Shown: positions 30,185 to 40,248 of the stretch, piece by piece
Position numbering within the stretch: position 1 is the first letter of the stretch
How the letters are laid out: each line of letters begins with the position of its first letter
Assembly: GCA_044229975.1 (NCBI GenBank)
Contig: JBGARZ010000020.1
Span: forward strand, 96,001 to 160,000
Length of the DNA stretch: 64,000 bases
From: Polyangiales bacterium
Lineage (GTDB): Bacteria > Myxococcota_A > Polyangia > Polyangiales > Ga0077539
Reading direction: 5' to 3'
The notes under the pieces: model-generated
The model's database searches: none
What the model was told of the DNA's origin: nothing
What the model saw: the letters and a program-made list of their open reading frames with translations, nothing else
Program-made: the position numbers and the translations under genes

Positions 30185-30567
30185 CGCAAGAATCACCGAC
30201 GATCCTCGTGGTGGAAGACCAGGAGGAGGTCAACGAGCTGCTCCAGTACAACCTCCAGCGGGCTGGCTACCGGACGCTCGCGGCCTACGACGGCCGCGTG
30301 GGCCTCGCGACGGCGCGAGGAGAGCGACCGGACGTGGTGCTGCTCGACGTGATGCTACCGGGCATCGACGGGTGGGAGATCTGTCGCGCGCTGGCGGACG
30401 ACCCCGCGCTGCGGGACATCCCGGTGATCATCTTCACCGCCAAGGGGTCGCGCGAGGACTTCGACCACGGCCACCGCTTCGCCAACGTGGTCGGCTACTT
30501 CGTGAAGCCGTACGCCACGTCGGACGTCATCGAGCACCTGCGCCGCGTGCTCGCGACGCACTCATAG
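30181..30567 (+). CDS. Single-domain response regulator
   Basis: ILVVED, LLDVMLPGIDG, FTAK and KP. ATGA overlap with the kinase. Confidence 0.93.
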   Translation: MTQESPTILVVEDQEEVNELLQYNLQRAGYRTLAAYDGRVGLATARGERPDVVLLDVMLPGIDGWEICRALADDPALRDIPVIIFTAKGSREDFDHGHRFANVVGYFVKPYATSDVIEHLRRVLATHS

Positions 30568-30618
30568 CCCCGTCCCTTTCAAGGTCGTCGCATCCGCTCG
30601 CGACCAACCCCGGTCTGC

Positions 30619-31353
30619 CTACCCGCGCGGCTGCTTGTCGAGCTCCCGACCGACGACCACGAAGGCGGCGGCGAAGCAGAACGCCACCCACAGACTGGCC
30701 ACCGTCGGCCAGTACGCGCCGAGGTCGGGGATGCGCAGCGCCATCAGCACGATGGGGAAGTTGCACGCCCAGTGGGCCGCCATCGCCGCGAGCACGCCGA
30801 CCGCGAAGCCGTTGTCCCAACGCCGCAGCGCGAAGGACGTGAACGCGCCGTGGAGGAAGCCCACCAGCACCCGCTCGCCGATGAAGCCGCCGAACATCCA
30901 GAACGGGAGCGAGCGGTACGGCGGGTGTTGATGGATGAGCGCGGCGAGGCCCCACACCTCGCTGAGCCCGAAGCCGAGCCCGAGCGCCAGTCCCACACGC
31001 ACCAGATTGGTGTCCTTCAAGCGCGCGCGAAACATCGGGAGCAGCAGCGGCCAGAGCTTGGCGGGCTCCTCCACGAGCGGCGCTTCGAGGGACTTGGGGA
31101 GCAGGTACGCCGCCGTCGCGCGGAGCTGCGCGAGCGGAAGGTCGGGGTGGAAGAGGCGCGCGAGGCGGACGATGAGCGCGTCGGTGAAGGGCAGCCGCAC
31201 GCCCCACAGCGCCACGGCGAACATCGGCAGCGTGAGGGCGCCCGCGACGAGCAGGAAGCGGCGCTGCGCGGGCGGGGTCGCGTTGCGGATGAGCCCGCCC
31301 CAGAGCAGGAGCACGAGCGCGCTGGTGATGGCGGCGGCGATGTAGATGCCCAT
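30619..31353 (-). CDS. PrsW/YhfC-like glutamic-type intramembrane protease
   Basis: APLVEEPAK, GLGFGLSE, LH and AHWACN motifs. Confidence 0.75.
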   Translation of the reverse strand: MGIYIAAAITSALVLLLWGGLIRNATPPAQRRFLLVAGALTLPMFAVALWGVRLPFTDALIVRLARLFHPDLPLAQLRATAAYLLPKSLEAPLVEEPAKLWPLLLPMFRARLKDTNLVRVGLALGLGFGLSEVWGLAALIHQHPPYRSLPFWMFGGFIGERVLVGFLHGAFTSFALRRWDNGFAVGVLAAMAAHWACNFPIVLMALRIPDLGAYWPTVASLWVAFCFAAAFVVVGRELDKQPRG

Positions 31354-31357
31354 CGGG

Positions 31358-32032
31358 TTACTCCGTTCGGTAGACGCCGAGCGCGGCCATGGAGCGGTCG
31401 TGCGCGCGGCCCAGCAGCGGCAGCGCGACGGCGGCGCCCACCAGCGCCAGGAACATGTCCCACTGCGCGTCCCACACATCGCCCTGCGAGCCGAGGAAGG
31501 CGGTGCCCGTGTCGCCCGCCACGACGAGCGTGGTCCACCACTCGACGAGCTCCCAGAAGGCCCCGATGGCGAGCACCACCGACAGCACGAGGAAGGTGAG
31601 CCAGCCGCCGCGCTGGAGCGGCGTCTTGCGCAGCAGCACCTCGCGGATGGTCAGCGCCGGGAAGAACCCGAGCGCGAAGTGACCGATACGGTCGTAGTGG
31701 TTGCGGTGGAGGTGAAACGCTTCCTTGGCCCAGTTGCCGAGCGGCGTGAGGGCGTACGTGTAGATGCCGCCGTAGATGAGGATGAGCACGTGGACGAAGA
31801 TGCCGACGGCCACGAGGCGCGAGATGGGGAAGCGCCTCCAGCCGGCCGCGAGCACGGCGATGTACGCGAGGCCGGGGACGACTTCGAGGCACCAGCTGGT
31901 GCGACCGGCGGGCGGGTTCCAGACGGTGGCGATGCAGATGAGGGTGAGCGCGGCGATGAGCGCGAGGTGCGTGCGACCGAGCGCGGCGGTGCCCTGGACG
32001 GGCTGCGGGTGGGTCCAGTCGACGGCGTTCAT
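31358..32032 (-). CDS. DUF2238 (YjdF-like) membrane protein
   Basis: RNHYDRIGHF, ELVEWW and FLGSQGDVWDAQWDM. Confidence 0.88.
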   Translation of the reverse strand: MNAVDWTHPQPVQGTAALGRTHLALIAALTLICIATVWNPPAGRTSWCLEVVPGLAYIAVLAAGWRRFPISRLVAVGIFVHVLILIYGGIYTYALTPLGNWAKEAFHLHRNHYDRIGHFALGFFPALTIREVLLRKTPLQRGGWLTFLVLSVVLAIGAFWELVEWWTTLVVAGDTGTAFLGSQGDVWDAQWDMFLALVGAAVALPLLGRAHDRSMAALGVYRTE

Positions 32033-32051
32033 CGGCCGCGACGAGAACACA

Positions 32052-32897
32052 TCACAGTGCGGTGCGCACGTCCCACAGCTCGGGGAAGAGCCTGGTCTGG
32101 AGCATCGACTGGAGGTAGCCGACCCCTTGGGTTCCGCCGGTGCCGCGCTTGAAGCCGATGATGCGCTCGACGGTAGTGACGTGGCGGAAGCGCCAGACAC
32201 GGAAGCTGTCCTCCATGTCGACGAGCTTCTCCGCGAGCTCGTAGAGGTCCCAGTAGGACTTGGGGTCGCGGTAGACGGCCATCCACGCGCGCTCGACGGC
32301 CTCGCTCTTCGCGTAGGGGAGGCTCCAGTCGCGCGTGACGTGATCGGTCGGGAGATCGAAGCCGCGCCGCGCGAGCAGGCGGAGCGCCTCGTCGTAGAGG
32401 GACGGAGCGACGAGCTCGGCCTGCACGGCGGGCCCGCGCACGGGGTGGTGGGCGTGCGGGCGCACCATCACGGGGTTCTTGTTGCCGAGGATGAACTCGA
32501 TCATCCGGTACTGGTGGCTCTGGAAGCCCGACGACTTCCCGAGCTTGTCGCGGAAGGTCAGGTACTCCGACGGGGTGAGCGTCGCGAGCACGTCCCACGC
32601 GTGCACCTGGAGCCCGAAGATGCGCGACACCCGCGCGAGCATCTTGAAGGCCGGGGACAGCTCGTCGCGCGCGATGGAGGCCCGCGCGGCGCGCAGCTCA
32701 TGGAGCATGAGCTTCATCCACAGCTCCGTCGTCTGGTGCTGGATCACGAAGAGCATCTCGTCGTGCTCGTCGGAGATCGGGTGCTGCGCGGAGAGCAGCT
32801 CGTCGAGCCGGAGGTACTCGCCGTAGGACATCTCGCCGGCGAGGTCGAGGTGCGCGCCCTCCGGGGCCCGCGGCGCTGGCTGCTTGGGGTCGGTCAC
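32052..32897 (-). CDS. kynA: Tryptophan 2,3-dioxygenase
   Basis: [28 protein letters not shown] and [13 protein letters not shown]. Confidence 0.96.
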   Translation of the reverse strand: MTDPKQPAPRAPEGAHLDLAGEMSYGEYLRLDELLSAQHPISDEHDEMLFVIQHQTTELWMKLMLHELRAARASIARDELSPAFKMLARVSRIFGLQVHAWDVLATLTPSEYLTFRDKLGKSSGFQSHQYRMIEFILGNKNPVMVRPHAHHPVRGPAVQAELVAPSLYDEALRLLARRGFDLPTDHVTRDWSLPYAKSEAVERAWMAVYRDPKSYWDLYELAEKLVDMEDSFRVWRFRHVTTVERIIGFKRGTGGTQGVGYLQSMLQTRLFPELWDVRTAL

Positions 32898-32907
32898 GGC
32901 GGCGATG

Positions 32908-34194
32908 CTACTTCACCGCGAGCAGCAGGTCGGCCGCCACCGCGAGGAAGAACACCACCCACAGCCCGATGGCGATGCGCCAGCGCGTGGTGTGCTTGCG
33001 CTTGAGCTCCTCCATCTCCTGCGAGCGCTTGTGGTCCTGCGAGCGCCACATCTGCTCCTGCTGGGCCATCATCCCGCGGGTCTGCTCCTGCTGGCCCCAC
33101 GCCTCCTGCTGCATGCGCTCGACGTCCGCCGCGTGCGCCCGCCGCGCGTCGTCCACCGCCTGCTGCATCGCCTGCTGGCTCTGCGTCGCGCGCGACTGCG
33201 TGTCGGCGAGCGTGCGCTGCGTCTGTTCGAGCTGCGCCTGCGTGTCCTTGAGCTGCTGCGCGGTCTCCTTCGCGGTGCGCTCCAGCCGCTCGCGGTCGGC
33301 CTTCTCCCGTGCGGCCTTCTCCTGCTTGCTGCGGTCGGCCGCCTCGCGCTCGGCCTGCGCCTGCTGAAGCCTCGCCTCACGCTCCAGGCGCTCGCGCTCC
33401 TGGAGGTTCCACGCCTCCCAGGCGGCGCGCTCGGCGGCGTCTTTATCGGCCTGCTCCTTCTGCGACTGAACGAGCGCCCGCAGCGTCGACGGACCCTCCA
33501 TCAGCAGCCACCACGGCTCGATGCGACCCTGCGCCGCGGCCGTGTCGGGCGCGAACCCGATGAGCGCTCGCACCGCCGGCACGCGCCCCACCAACGACAT
33601 CGGAACCGCGAAGGCCTCGCGGTCGCCGCACTGCGGGCACTCGGTGGTCTGCCGCCCCTGGGTGAGCACCCGCACGATGACGGGTGTCCCGCAGCGCAGG
33701 CACGGCGGCGCGCCGGGGCCGACGCGCAGGCGCAGCGGCGATTGCAGCGGGACGCGCTCGTCGGGCAGGTTGGCGAAGGGCTGCGAGAGGCCCACGTCGG
33801 CGAAGGGGTTGAACGCACCGAGGTGGGCGTTTTGATGGTGGAAGTCGGGGTGCGCGAGGTCGACGACGGCGTGCGCCATGTGGACGGCCTCGTCCCACCA
33901 TGCGGGGTCGACGGCGGTGTGCTGCTGGCAGCTCGGGCACTGCGCGGAGGACTCCAGCGCGTCGGTGCGCGGAGGAAACTCGACGCCGCAGTGGGGGCAC
34001 GGGAGCACGAGCTCCAAGCGGGCCCACGGACGCCCCGGGAGGAGGCACTGCACGTTGTGCCCGCGCACCCCCATGGGCTCGTTGCAGATGACGCAGCGGG
34101 CCTGTCCGTTGAGCGCCATGATGCCGCAGCGCACGCAGACGCGGAGCTCGTTGCCCGACGCCTGAGCGCCGCCCTGGACCGCTGATTGGACCAT
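32908..34194 (-). CDS. Multi-Zn-ribbon protein with coiled coil and C-terminal TM helix
   Basis: Six CxxC motifs, a Q/E/R-rich coiled coil and a hydrophobic tail. Confidence 0.75.
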   Translation of the reverse strand: MVQSAVQGGAQASGNELRVCVRCGIMALNGQARCVICNEPMGVRGHNVQCLLPGRPWARLELVLPCPHCGVEFPPRTDALESSAQCPSCQQHTAVDPAWWDEAVHMAHAVVDLAHPDFHHQNAHLGAFNPFADVGLSQPFANLPDERVPLQSPLRLRVGPGAPPCLRCGTPVIVRVLTQGRQTTECPQCGDREAFAVPMSLVGRVPAVRALIGFAPDTAAAQGRIEPWWLLMEGPSTLRALVQSQKEQADKDAAERAAWEAWNLQERERLEREARLQQAQAEREAADRSKQEKAAREKADRERLERTAKETAQQLKDTQAQLEQTQRTLADTQSRATQSQQAMQQAVDDARRAHAADVERMQQEAWGQQEQTRGMMAQQEQMWRSQDHKRSQEMEELKRKHTTRWRIAIGLWVVFFLAVAADLLLAVK

Positions 34195-34301
34195 CGACGG
34201 CGCGACGCTAGCCCCCCACGGGCGCGGACGGCAACCTCCTGCACCTTCCGCGGCCGCGACCCGATATAGTCCGCCGCCCCGCTCCGCTCGCACGGCCCAC
34301 G

Positions 34302-37300
34302 ATGAAGTACGGCGTCCGCCTCCACGACGATCCTCGCGACCTCGCCACGCTGCGCACGCTCGCGGACACCCTCCCCGCGCTCCGCAGCACCTCGTGGACC
34401 GAGCTGCGCCCCGGCGACCCCACCACGCGCGGAACCGTCCTCCACGCGCCCCTCGACGTCCACCAGGCGCAGCAGCTCCGCGCCCGCGGCCTCGACGTCG
34501 TTCGCATCACCGAGGACGACGACGGCACCCTCGTCCTGCACCCCTACCGACCCGCGCGCATCGAGGCGCCCGCCCGCTGGAGCGCACCGCGCACCCGCGT
34601 CGCGCCCACGCTCTGGGAGGCCGTTCGGCCGCGCGCGATCGGGGGCGATCCGCCCGCCGACGAGGTCTGTTTCTGGGCGCCCCGCGAAGGTGACGGCGCC
34701 CACCGAACCGTCGAACGACTGCTCGCCCTGGGGCGCGACGACGTCACCGTCACCGAGCTCCGCGAGCCCGACGGCGACGCGCTGCTCTTCCAGCTCCCCA
34801 ACGCCCCGCGCTACCTCCTCATGCGCGCCCACGAGGAGCCCGCCGAAGGAGTCCGCGCCTATGTCCGCGCGGGCGATGGCGACCTCTGGGTGGCGTTCGG
34901 ATACGCGCACCCGCTCGCTACGCTGGCCGCTCGCGCGCTGCGCGAGCACCGCCGCCGGGTCTTCGTCGACGCCGACGGAACGTGGCGCTTCGTCGACCCC
35001 GACGCCCCCGCGCGCAGCATCTACGACGTGCTGGAGACCCGCTTCGAGGCGCGCGCCGCGGAGTGGTCGGCCTCACCCGGCGGGGAGCGCTTCCGCATCA
35101 CGCTGCGCCTCGCCCCGGCGCCCACCGTCGACCCCGAGCTGTGGCTGCTCGACCCCGATCAGCTCCTCGCGATGGAGCCCCTCGTCGAGTCCATGACCGA
35201 CGCCGAGCTCGCGCGCTTTACCATCTCGCGTAACCGCTCCCCTGGCGGCGCCCGCTACGTGCTCCAGGAGCTGGTTCGGCCCAACGCCTCGCGCCTCGGC
35301 GTGCGGGTCTCCGACCTCCTCGGCCTGGCGGGGTACGCGCGCGCGCCGGGCGTCGACAACCTCTACCTGCCGGTGGGTCGTCGGCTCGCGCCCGCGATGC
35401 GCCGCGACGAGCTGCGCGCGCTGCTCCTGACCGAGTCCGCGCGGGCGGTGGTGGTCACCGAGGACGGCGACGGGCCGTGTCTCGTGTCGCTCACCAACCC
35501 CGAGGAGTCCACGCTGCGGAGCTGGGTGGAGTACGTCGCGACCGACCGCCGCGTGGAGCTCGACCGCTTCGTGGACGCCAGCGTGTTCGACTGGCCCGAG
35601 CTCGCCGTCGAGCGCGCGCCCGTCGCGGCCGAGACCCGCCGCCGCGCCGAGGAGCCCGACGACCAGGAGGCCCAGCGTCCGCCCACGGCGCGTCGCCGCG
35701 CGGAGCCGAAGCAACCCGTGGCGGAAGCGCAGACGACGTCCGGCGACGAGGCCGAGCGGCTCGCGGCGCTGCGGGAGGCGATGCGCCCCTTCGAGGCGAC
35801 GCTCGCGGAGGGCGGCTGCGAAGACCCGGCGCCGTGGCGAAGCCTCGCCGCGCTGAAGCAGCAGGCGGGGGACACCGACGACGCGTGCGCCTGCCTGGAG
35901 GCTGCGCTCTTCCATGGCGTGATGGACGTCGACCTGTCGGCGCAGCTCGCGTCGCAGCGGGCGCGCATCAGCGGGCGCAGCGGAAGCGCCGAGGAGCTGC
36001 TCACGCTGGCGACGGCGCCAGTGCTGGCGCCCGGCGAGGCGGCGTACCTCGGGGCGCGGGTGTTGGAGCACCTCGCGCGCGGCGATGCGCTGGAGATGAA
36101 GCTGACCGAGGGGTTCTTCCAGGAGGTGGCGCGGTGCTTCGCGTCGCCGTCGACGCCGTCGTCGCGGCGGCTCGCGTGGACGGTGCTGCGCGCGGTGCAC
36201 GGCCGGGCGGGCGACGCGCTGGAGCTCACCCGCGCGAAGGAGCGCGTGCTGGGCGGCATCAACGATCGCGGGCTGTCGGAGTCGGTCGACCTGCCGCGCT
36301 TCGTTCGATACGCGCTGGCGCTGACGGTGGAGGGCCCGGAGGGGCAGCAGGCGCGCTCGCGGGCTGAGCAGCTCCGCGCGATGGAGGACCTCTGGCGCGA
36401 CGCTTCGGCCACGCTGAAGGAGCTCGATCCGCGCAGCGCGTACGTGCGGTCGGCGTTTGGGGTGGGGTTCATGCGGCTGGGGGCGGCGGCGATGGCGCGC
36501 GACGTGGTGGCGCCCGTCGAGGCCGAGCTGCCCGTGCACGAGGCGCCCAACCGGGTGCTGTTGCAGCTCTACCAGGCGCGCATGACCCACGAGGCGACGG
36601 GCGGCGACGCGCCGGCGTGGGCGCGCGAGGTGGACACTGCCCTCGGCGCCATCAAAGACCCCCGCGTGAAGGACCGCGTGGAGTTTCTCCGCAAGCGCAG
36701 CGAGTGGCTGCGCTCGAAGGATCCGACCAGCGCCGACTCGCAGCTCCGCCCGGTGCTGGAGCGCGGCGTGGCCGAGGCCGAGACGTACACCGACGGCCCG
36801 CTCATCGCGGTGCGCCTCTCCGAGCTGCTCGACCAGCGGGTCGATCAGCGCGACCTCTTCGACTACGAGATCGCACGGGTGATCGAGCGCCTCCTGCGGG
36901 CCGCGCTGCGGGGTGGGAGCGACGAAGGGATCGCGGCGGTGCTGGCGGTGGCGATGCCGAAGGCGACGACGCGGGTGCGCGCGGCGGGCCGACGCGTGGC
37001 GGTGCTGGGCGAGTGCATCACGGTGGCGGCGGCGATCGGGGACATGGACGCGGTCGACCGGCTGCTCGACGAGGTGGCCGCGCTCACCAACGCGGTGCAG
37101 TCGCCGCGCGAGCTGCTGGTGGCGCTTCAGCCGGCGCTCGCGGCGCTGCGGCGACTCGGGGCATCGGGGTCGGGGCGGAGGTTTCTGGAGGCGCTGGAGC
37201 CCGTGTCGGAGCGGAAGGTTCCGGGGAGCCTCGAAGTGCGCGCGTCGCTGGCGGAGGGGTACCTGTTGTTGAAGGACGAGTCGCGGGCGGCGGCGCTCAT

Positions 37301-37643
37301 GGAGTCGACGGTGGACGACGCGCTGGGCGAGTCGCTGGCGCACGCCGAGCGCTACGACGCTGGGGCGGCGGCGCTGGTGGCGCTCAAGCACTGGCCGATG
37401 GAGATGCGGGCCCGGCAGGCGAACCTGATGTTGCAGCGGCTCGACCGCTTCACGGACGCGTTCACGGCGAGCGCGCAGAAGCTCTACGAGACCTTCAAGG
37501 TGTTGCTGTTGGAGCGGGTGATCGACGCGGTGGCCGACGACGTGACCTTCGAGAACGACAAGGTGCGCGGGTACCTGGACGAGGACGAGCAGGCGATCCG
37601 TCGCAGGATCATCGCGGACTGGAGGACGGCATGTGGACGTTGA
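34302..37643 (+). CDS. Large hypothetical protein, possibly a MoxR ternary-system component
   Basis: 1113-aa ORF overlapping the MoxR gene. NLYLPVGRRLAPAMRR recalls the FtsH-ternary X7 domain (unverified). Helical repeat C-terminus. Confidence 0.7.
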   Translation: MKYGVRLHDDPRDLATLRTLADTLPALRSTSWTELRPGDPTTRGTVLHAPLDVHQAQQLRARGLDVVRITEDDDGTLVLHPYRPARIEAPARWSAPRTRVAPTLWEAVRPRAIGGDPPADEVCFWAPREGDGAHRTVERLLALGRDDVTVTELREPDGDALLFQLPNAPRYLLMRAHEEPAEGVRAYVRAGDGDLWVAFGYAHPLATLAARALREHRRRVFVDADGTWRFVDPDAPARSIYDVLETRFEARAAEWSASPGGERFRITLRLAPAPTVDPELWLLDPDQLLAMEPLVESMTDAELARFTISRNRSPGGARYVLQELVRPNASRLGVRVSDLLGLAGYARAPGVDNLYLPVGRRLAPAMRRDELRALLLTESARAVVVTEDGDGPCLVSLTNPEESTLRSWVEYVATDRRVELDRFVDASVFDWPELAVERAPVAAETRRRAEEPDDQEAQRPPTARRRAEPKQPVAEAQTTSGDEAERLAALREAMRPFEATLAEGGCEDPAPWRSLAALKQQAGDTDDACACLEAALFHGVMDVDLSAQLASQRARISGRSGSAEELLTLATAPVLAPGEAAYLGARVLEHLARGDALEMKLTEGFFQEVARCFASPSTPSSRRLAWTVLRAVHGRAGDALELTRAKERVLGGINDRGLSESVDLPRFVRYALALTVEGPEGQQARSRAEQLRAMEDLWRDASATLKELDPRSAYVRSAFGVGFMRLGAAAMARDVVAPVEAELPVHEAPNRVLLQLYQARMTHEATGGDAPAWAREVDTALGAIKDPRVKDRVEFLRKRSEWLRSKDPTSADSQLRPVLERGVAEAETYTDGPLIAVRLSELLDQRVDQRDLFDYEIARVIERLLRAALRGGSDEGIAAVLAVAMPKATTRVRAAGRRVAVLGECITVAAAIGDMDAVDRLLDEVAALTNAVQSPRELLVALQPALAALRRLGASGSGRRFLEALEPVSERKVPGSLEVRASLAEGYLLLKDESRAAALMESTVDDALGESLAHAERYDAGAAALVALKHWPMEMRARQANLMLQRLDRFTDAFTASAQKLYETFKVLLLERVIDAVADDVTFENDKVRGYLDEDEQAIRRRIIADWRTACGR

Positions 37644-38614
37644 GGGAGCTGGAGCCGGAGATCGACGCGATCCGCGAGCGCATCAACCGGCACCGGCGCG
37701 CGCTGGGCGAGTATTTCGTGAAGCGCACCGAGGAGATCGACCTCGCGACGGTGTGCGCGTGCGCGCAGGAGCCGCTGCTCTTCGTGGGCCCGCCGGGCAC
37801 GGCGAAGAGCGACCTGGTGGTGAAGTTCGTCGAGAGCCTCGGGCTCGGTGAGGCCGACTACTTCGAGTACATGCTCACGAAGTTCACGGAGCCGAGCGAG
37901 ATCCTCGGTCCCATCGACATCGACCTGCTGAAGCAGGGGCGCTTCATGCGGCGCACCAAGGGGAAGCTCCCGGAGGCGAAGGTCGCGTTCCTCGACGAGA
38001 TCTTCAAGAGCAACAGCGCGATCCTCAACACGCTGCTCACCATCGTCAACGAGCGGAAGTTCTACCAGGATGGTGAGGCGCTGCCGGTGGCGCTGCGGAT
38101 GCTCTTCGCGGCGACCAACGACATCCCCGAGCAGAGCGAGCTCGACGCGCTGGCCGATCGCTTCATCGTGAAGGTGGAGACGAAGCCGGTGAAGGACGAC
38201 GCGTTCACCGAGCTCATCGACGCGGGCGTGATGAACGAGGTCTACAAGGCCACCGAGCAGAAGCCGTGGGCGAGGGGGAGCGCGAGCTTCGAGGACTTCT
38301 TGAAGTTCAAGCGCTTCATGGACCTCACCTTCGGCGAAGGCGGCAGCGGCAGCGCCGACCGCGAGCGGTGGTTTCCGCGGGAGACCTTCGCGGAGTTTCG
38401 GCGGGTGGTTCGCACGCTGGAGACGGAGGACAAGGTCTTCGTCAGCGACCGCAAGCTGGTGAAGCTGTACCGGGTGATCCGCACACGGGCGTTTCTCTTC
38501 CACGGCGGCGCGGTGCGGACGGACGACCTGTCGCTGCTGGGCTACTCGGGCAACCGTCGGCAGGAGCTCGGCGTCGTACAGGAGAAGGTGAAGGCGCTGC
38601 TGGGCCTGGGGTGA
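37631..38614 (+). CDS. MoxR/RavA-family AAA+ ATPase
   Basis: GPPGTAKS, FEYMLTKFTEPSE, FLDEIFKSNSAILN, ALADRF and VSDRK. Confidence 0.92.
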   Translation: MWTLRELEPEIDAIRERINRHRRALGEYFVKRTEEIDLATVCACAQEPLLFVGPPGTAKSDLVVKFVESLGLGEADYFEYMLTKFTEPSEILGPIDIDLLKQGRFMRRTKGKLPEAKVAFLDEIFKSNSAILNTLLTIVNERKFYQDGEALPVALRMLFAATNDIPEQSELDALADRFIVKVETKPVKDDAFTELIDAGVMNEVYKATEQKPWARGSASFEDFLKFKRFMDLTFGEGGSGSADRERWFPRETFAEFRRVVRTLETEDKVFVSDRKLVKLYRVIRTRAFLFHGGAVRTDDLSLLGYSGNRRQELGVVQEKVKALLGLG

Positions 38615-38687
38615 CGGCGCCCGGGTCGGCGAGAAGACCCACCGCCCGATCGGGCGTATAGGTGCAGTCCCAGCACAGGAGGACCCA

Positions 38688-39233
38688 ATGCCCGCTCGCT
38701 CCTACGCCCCGTGGATCGCAGGTGCCTCGCTCGTCGCCCTCTCGTTGGCGCTGGCGGGTGGTTGGGCGCTGTCGTCGCGCGCCATCGACCCGTCCGCGCT
38801 GCTCGGCTCCATCTCCGGCCTCAACGGATCACGCCCGACCGTCGCGGTCGGCGCGGTGGCCAATGGCGCGGGCGTCGGTGGCGACGCCGTCGTAGCCGCA
38901 GCGCGTGCGGGCCTCGACGATGGGCTCGCAGGCCGGACGACCGCCACCTCGCAGGCGCCCGCGGCGGCGCGGGGTGCGCGGGTGTTGCGAACGCGCGGCG
39001 GTCACGTCATCGACGCCAACGTGGTGCGTGTGGCGCGCGCTCCGGGGCGGGTGACGGTCGAGGCCTCGGTGGTGGTCTCGTCGATGCCGGCGCGGGCGTA
39101 CGAGTTCTCGTCGTCGTCGACCATCACGCTGGCGGGCGACGTGGCCGACACCGACGATGGGCTCCGCGACGCCGTTCGTCGTGCGACGCGCTCCGCGGCC
39201 GCCCACGCTGTCGACCAGATGGGCGGGCGGTAG
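38688..39233 (+). CDS. Hypothetical membrane/secreted protein
   Basis: AGGAGG RBS and N-terminal hydrophobic helix. Confidence 0.65.
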   Translation: MPARSYAPWIAGASLVALSLALAGGWALSSRAIDPSALLGSISGLNGSRPTVAVGAVANGAGVGGDAVVAAARAGLDDGLAGRTTATSQAPAAARGARVLRTRGGHVIDANVVRVARAPGRVTVEASVVVSSMPARAYEFSSSSTITLAGDVADTDDGLRDAVRRATRSAAAHAVDQMGGR

Positions 39234-39240
39234 ACGCCTC

Positions 39241-40248
39241 TCAGACCTTCTCGCGGGTGACCTTCCCGAGCAGGCCCTGCGGTCGCACCAGCAGCACCAC
39301 GACCAGGATCGAGAACACGATCGCGGGCGCGAACGAGCTCGACAGGTAGGCGCCCGCGAGCTGTTCAACCAACCCGATGAGCAGCCCGCCGAGCATGGCG
39401 CCCGGGATGTTGCCGATGCCGCCGAGCACGGCCGCGACGAAGGCCTTGAGCCCCAGCTGAACGCCCGTCAGCGGCGTGATGCTCGGCTCGTCGATGCCGA
39501 AGAGAACGCCGCCCGCGCCCGCGAGCGCCGAGCCCAGCCCGAAGGTGACGGCGATGATGCGGTTGGTGTTGACGCCCATGAGCCGCGCGGCGTCGATGTT
39601 GACGCTGAGCGCGCGCATCGCCCGGCCCACGCGCGTGCGCTGCACCAGCAGCGTGAGGCCGATCATCAGGACCACCGCGACGGCGAGGTTGATGAGCTTC
39701 ACGTTGGCGACCGTCACGGGACCGAGCGCGACAGAGACCTTCCGCACCACCGGCGGAAAGCCCCGCGGCGTGGCCTTGAACACCAGGATCGCGACGTTCT
39801 GGAGGAGCATCGACACGCCGATGGCGGTGACGAGCGGCGTGAGCTTCGGCGCGTGGCGTACGGGGCGGTACGCGAGGCGCTCGATGACCATGCCGAGCGC
39901 CGCGCAGGCGACCATGGCGGCGACGAACACCGCGGCGGCGACGCCGGGCGAGGCGCCGTGGCTGGAGGTCGCCACGAGCCCGAAGAACGCCGCCGTGAAG
40001 ATGCCGACGTACGCGCCGATCATGAACACGTCGCTGTGGGCGAAGTTGATGAGCCCCAGCACGCCATACACCATGGTGTAACCGAGGGCGATGAGCGCGT
40101 AGATGCCGCCGTGGGAGACGCCCTCCACGACGTTGGTGAGGAAGGCCGTCGGGCGCTCGACCGCGCCCTTGAGGATGAGAAGCGTCGGGTACGCCGCGAC
40201 GGCCGCGACCCCCGCCTGGAGCGCGCGCTTCGAGGAGTCGGCGCTCAC
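39241..40248 (-). CDS. livH: Branched-chain amino acid ABC permease (LivH-like)
   Basis: YALIALGYTMVYG, INFAH and KAFVAAVLGGIGN. GTG start overlaps the upstream stop. Confidence 0.88.
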   Translation of the reverse strand: MSADSSKRALQAGVAAVAAYPTLLILKGAVERPTAFLTNVVEGVSHGGIYALIALGYTMVYGVLGLINFAHSDVFMIGAYVGIFTAAFFGLVATSSHGASPGVAAAVFVAAMVACAALGMVIERLAYRPVRHAPKLTPLVTAIGVSMLLQNVAILVFKATPRGFPPVVRKVSVALGPVTVANVKLINLAVAVVLMIGLTLLVQRTRVGRAMRALSVNIDAARLMGVNTNRIIAVTFGLGSALAGAGGVLFGIDEPSITPLTGVQLGLKAFVAAVLGGIGNIPGAMLGGLLIGLVEQLAGAYLSSSFAPAIVFSILVVVLLVRPQGLLGKVTREKV

